Positions 43,703-43,853 of a stretch of DNA of 43,853 nucleotides are shown one piece after another. Source of the stretch: a virus (lineage: Duplodnaviria > Caudoviricetes). Every line of letters begins with the position of its first letter. Within the stretch, counting starts at the first letter, position 1. The DNA is taken from positions 1 to 43,853 of the IMG/VR virus record IMGVR_UViG_3300025018_000238; one strand, 5' to 3'. The position numbers and the translations under genes were made by a program. The notes beneath the pieces were generated by a model that made no database searches, had not been told where the DNA came from, and saw nothing but the letters and a program-made list of their open reading frames with translations.

Positions 43703-43853
<151 letters not shown>

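Overview
The window looks like an essentially complete ~43.7 kb genome of a tailed dsDNA phage with podovirus-type architecture; the first and last ~126 bp are a direct repeat next to a poly-A tract. The + strand (about 1.5-29.6 kb) carries morphogenesis genes: putative terminase small subunit, RcGTA-like head-spike base, terminase large subunit, a mosaic fibre/adhesin cluster (phage tail repeat + LamG, LRR protein, sulfotransferase-DUF4376 fusion), membrane proteins, portal, scaffold, major capsid, adaptor, a duplicated tail cassette, nozzle, a GNAT-like protein and three ejection proteins, one of 2149 aa with an HExxH motif. The - strand (about 29.5-43.7 kb plus one gene at 471-803) carries replication/recombination genes: an internally deleted ThyX, ATP-dependent ligase, DUF3987-like ATPase, a UDG-like/exonuclease/family A polymerase fusion with atypical active-site residues, DUF6378, a ParB-HTH/DNA methyltransferase fusion, DUF669 SSB-like protein, Pif1 helicase, AAA_24 (Sak4-like) ATPase and a PD-(D/E)XK nuclease. 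I recognised no integrase, RNA polymerase, primase, endolysin, tRNA or CRISPR array. The strongest unexplained signal is a 25-bp palindrome (GT-N3-GTCC-N7-GGAC-N3-AC) found seven times at 5.0-9.4 kb intervals (about 2.6 kb across the joined ends), twice inside coding sequences. All calls come from manual motif recognition; no database searches were run.
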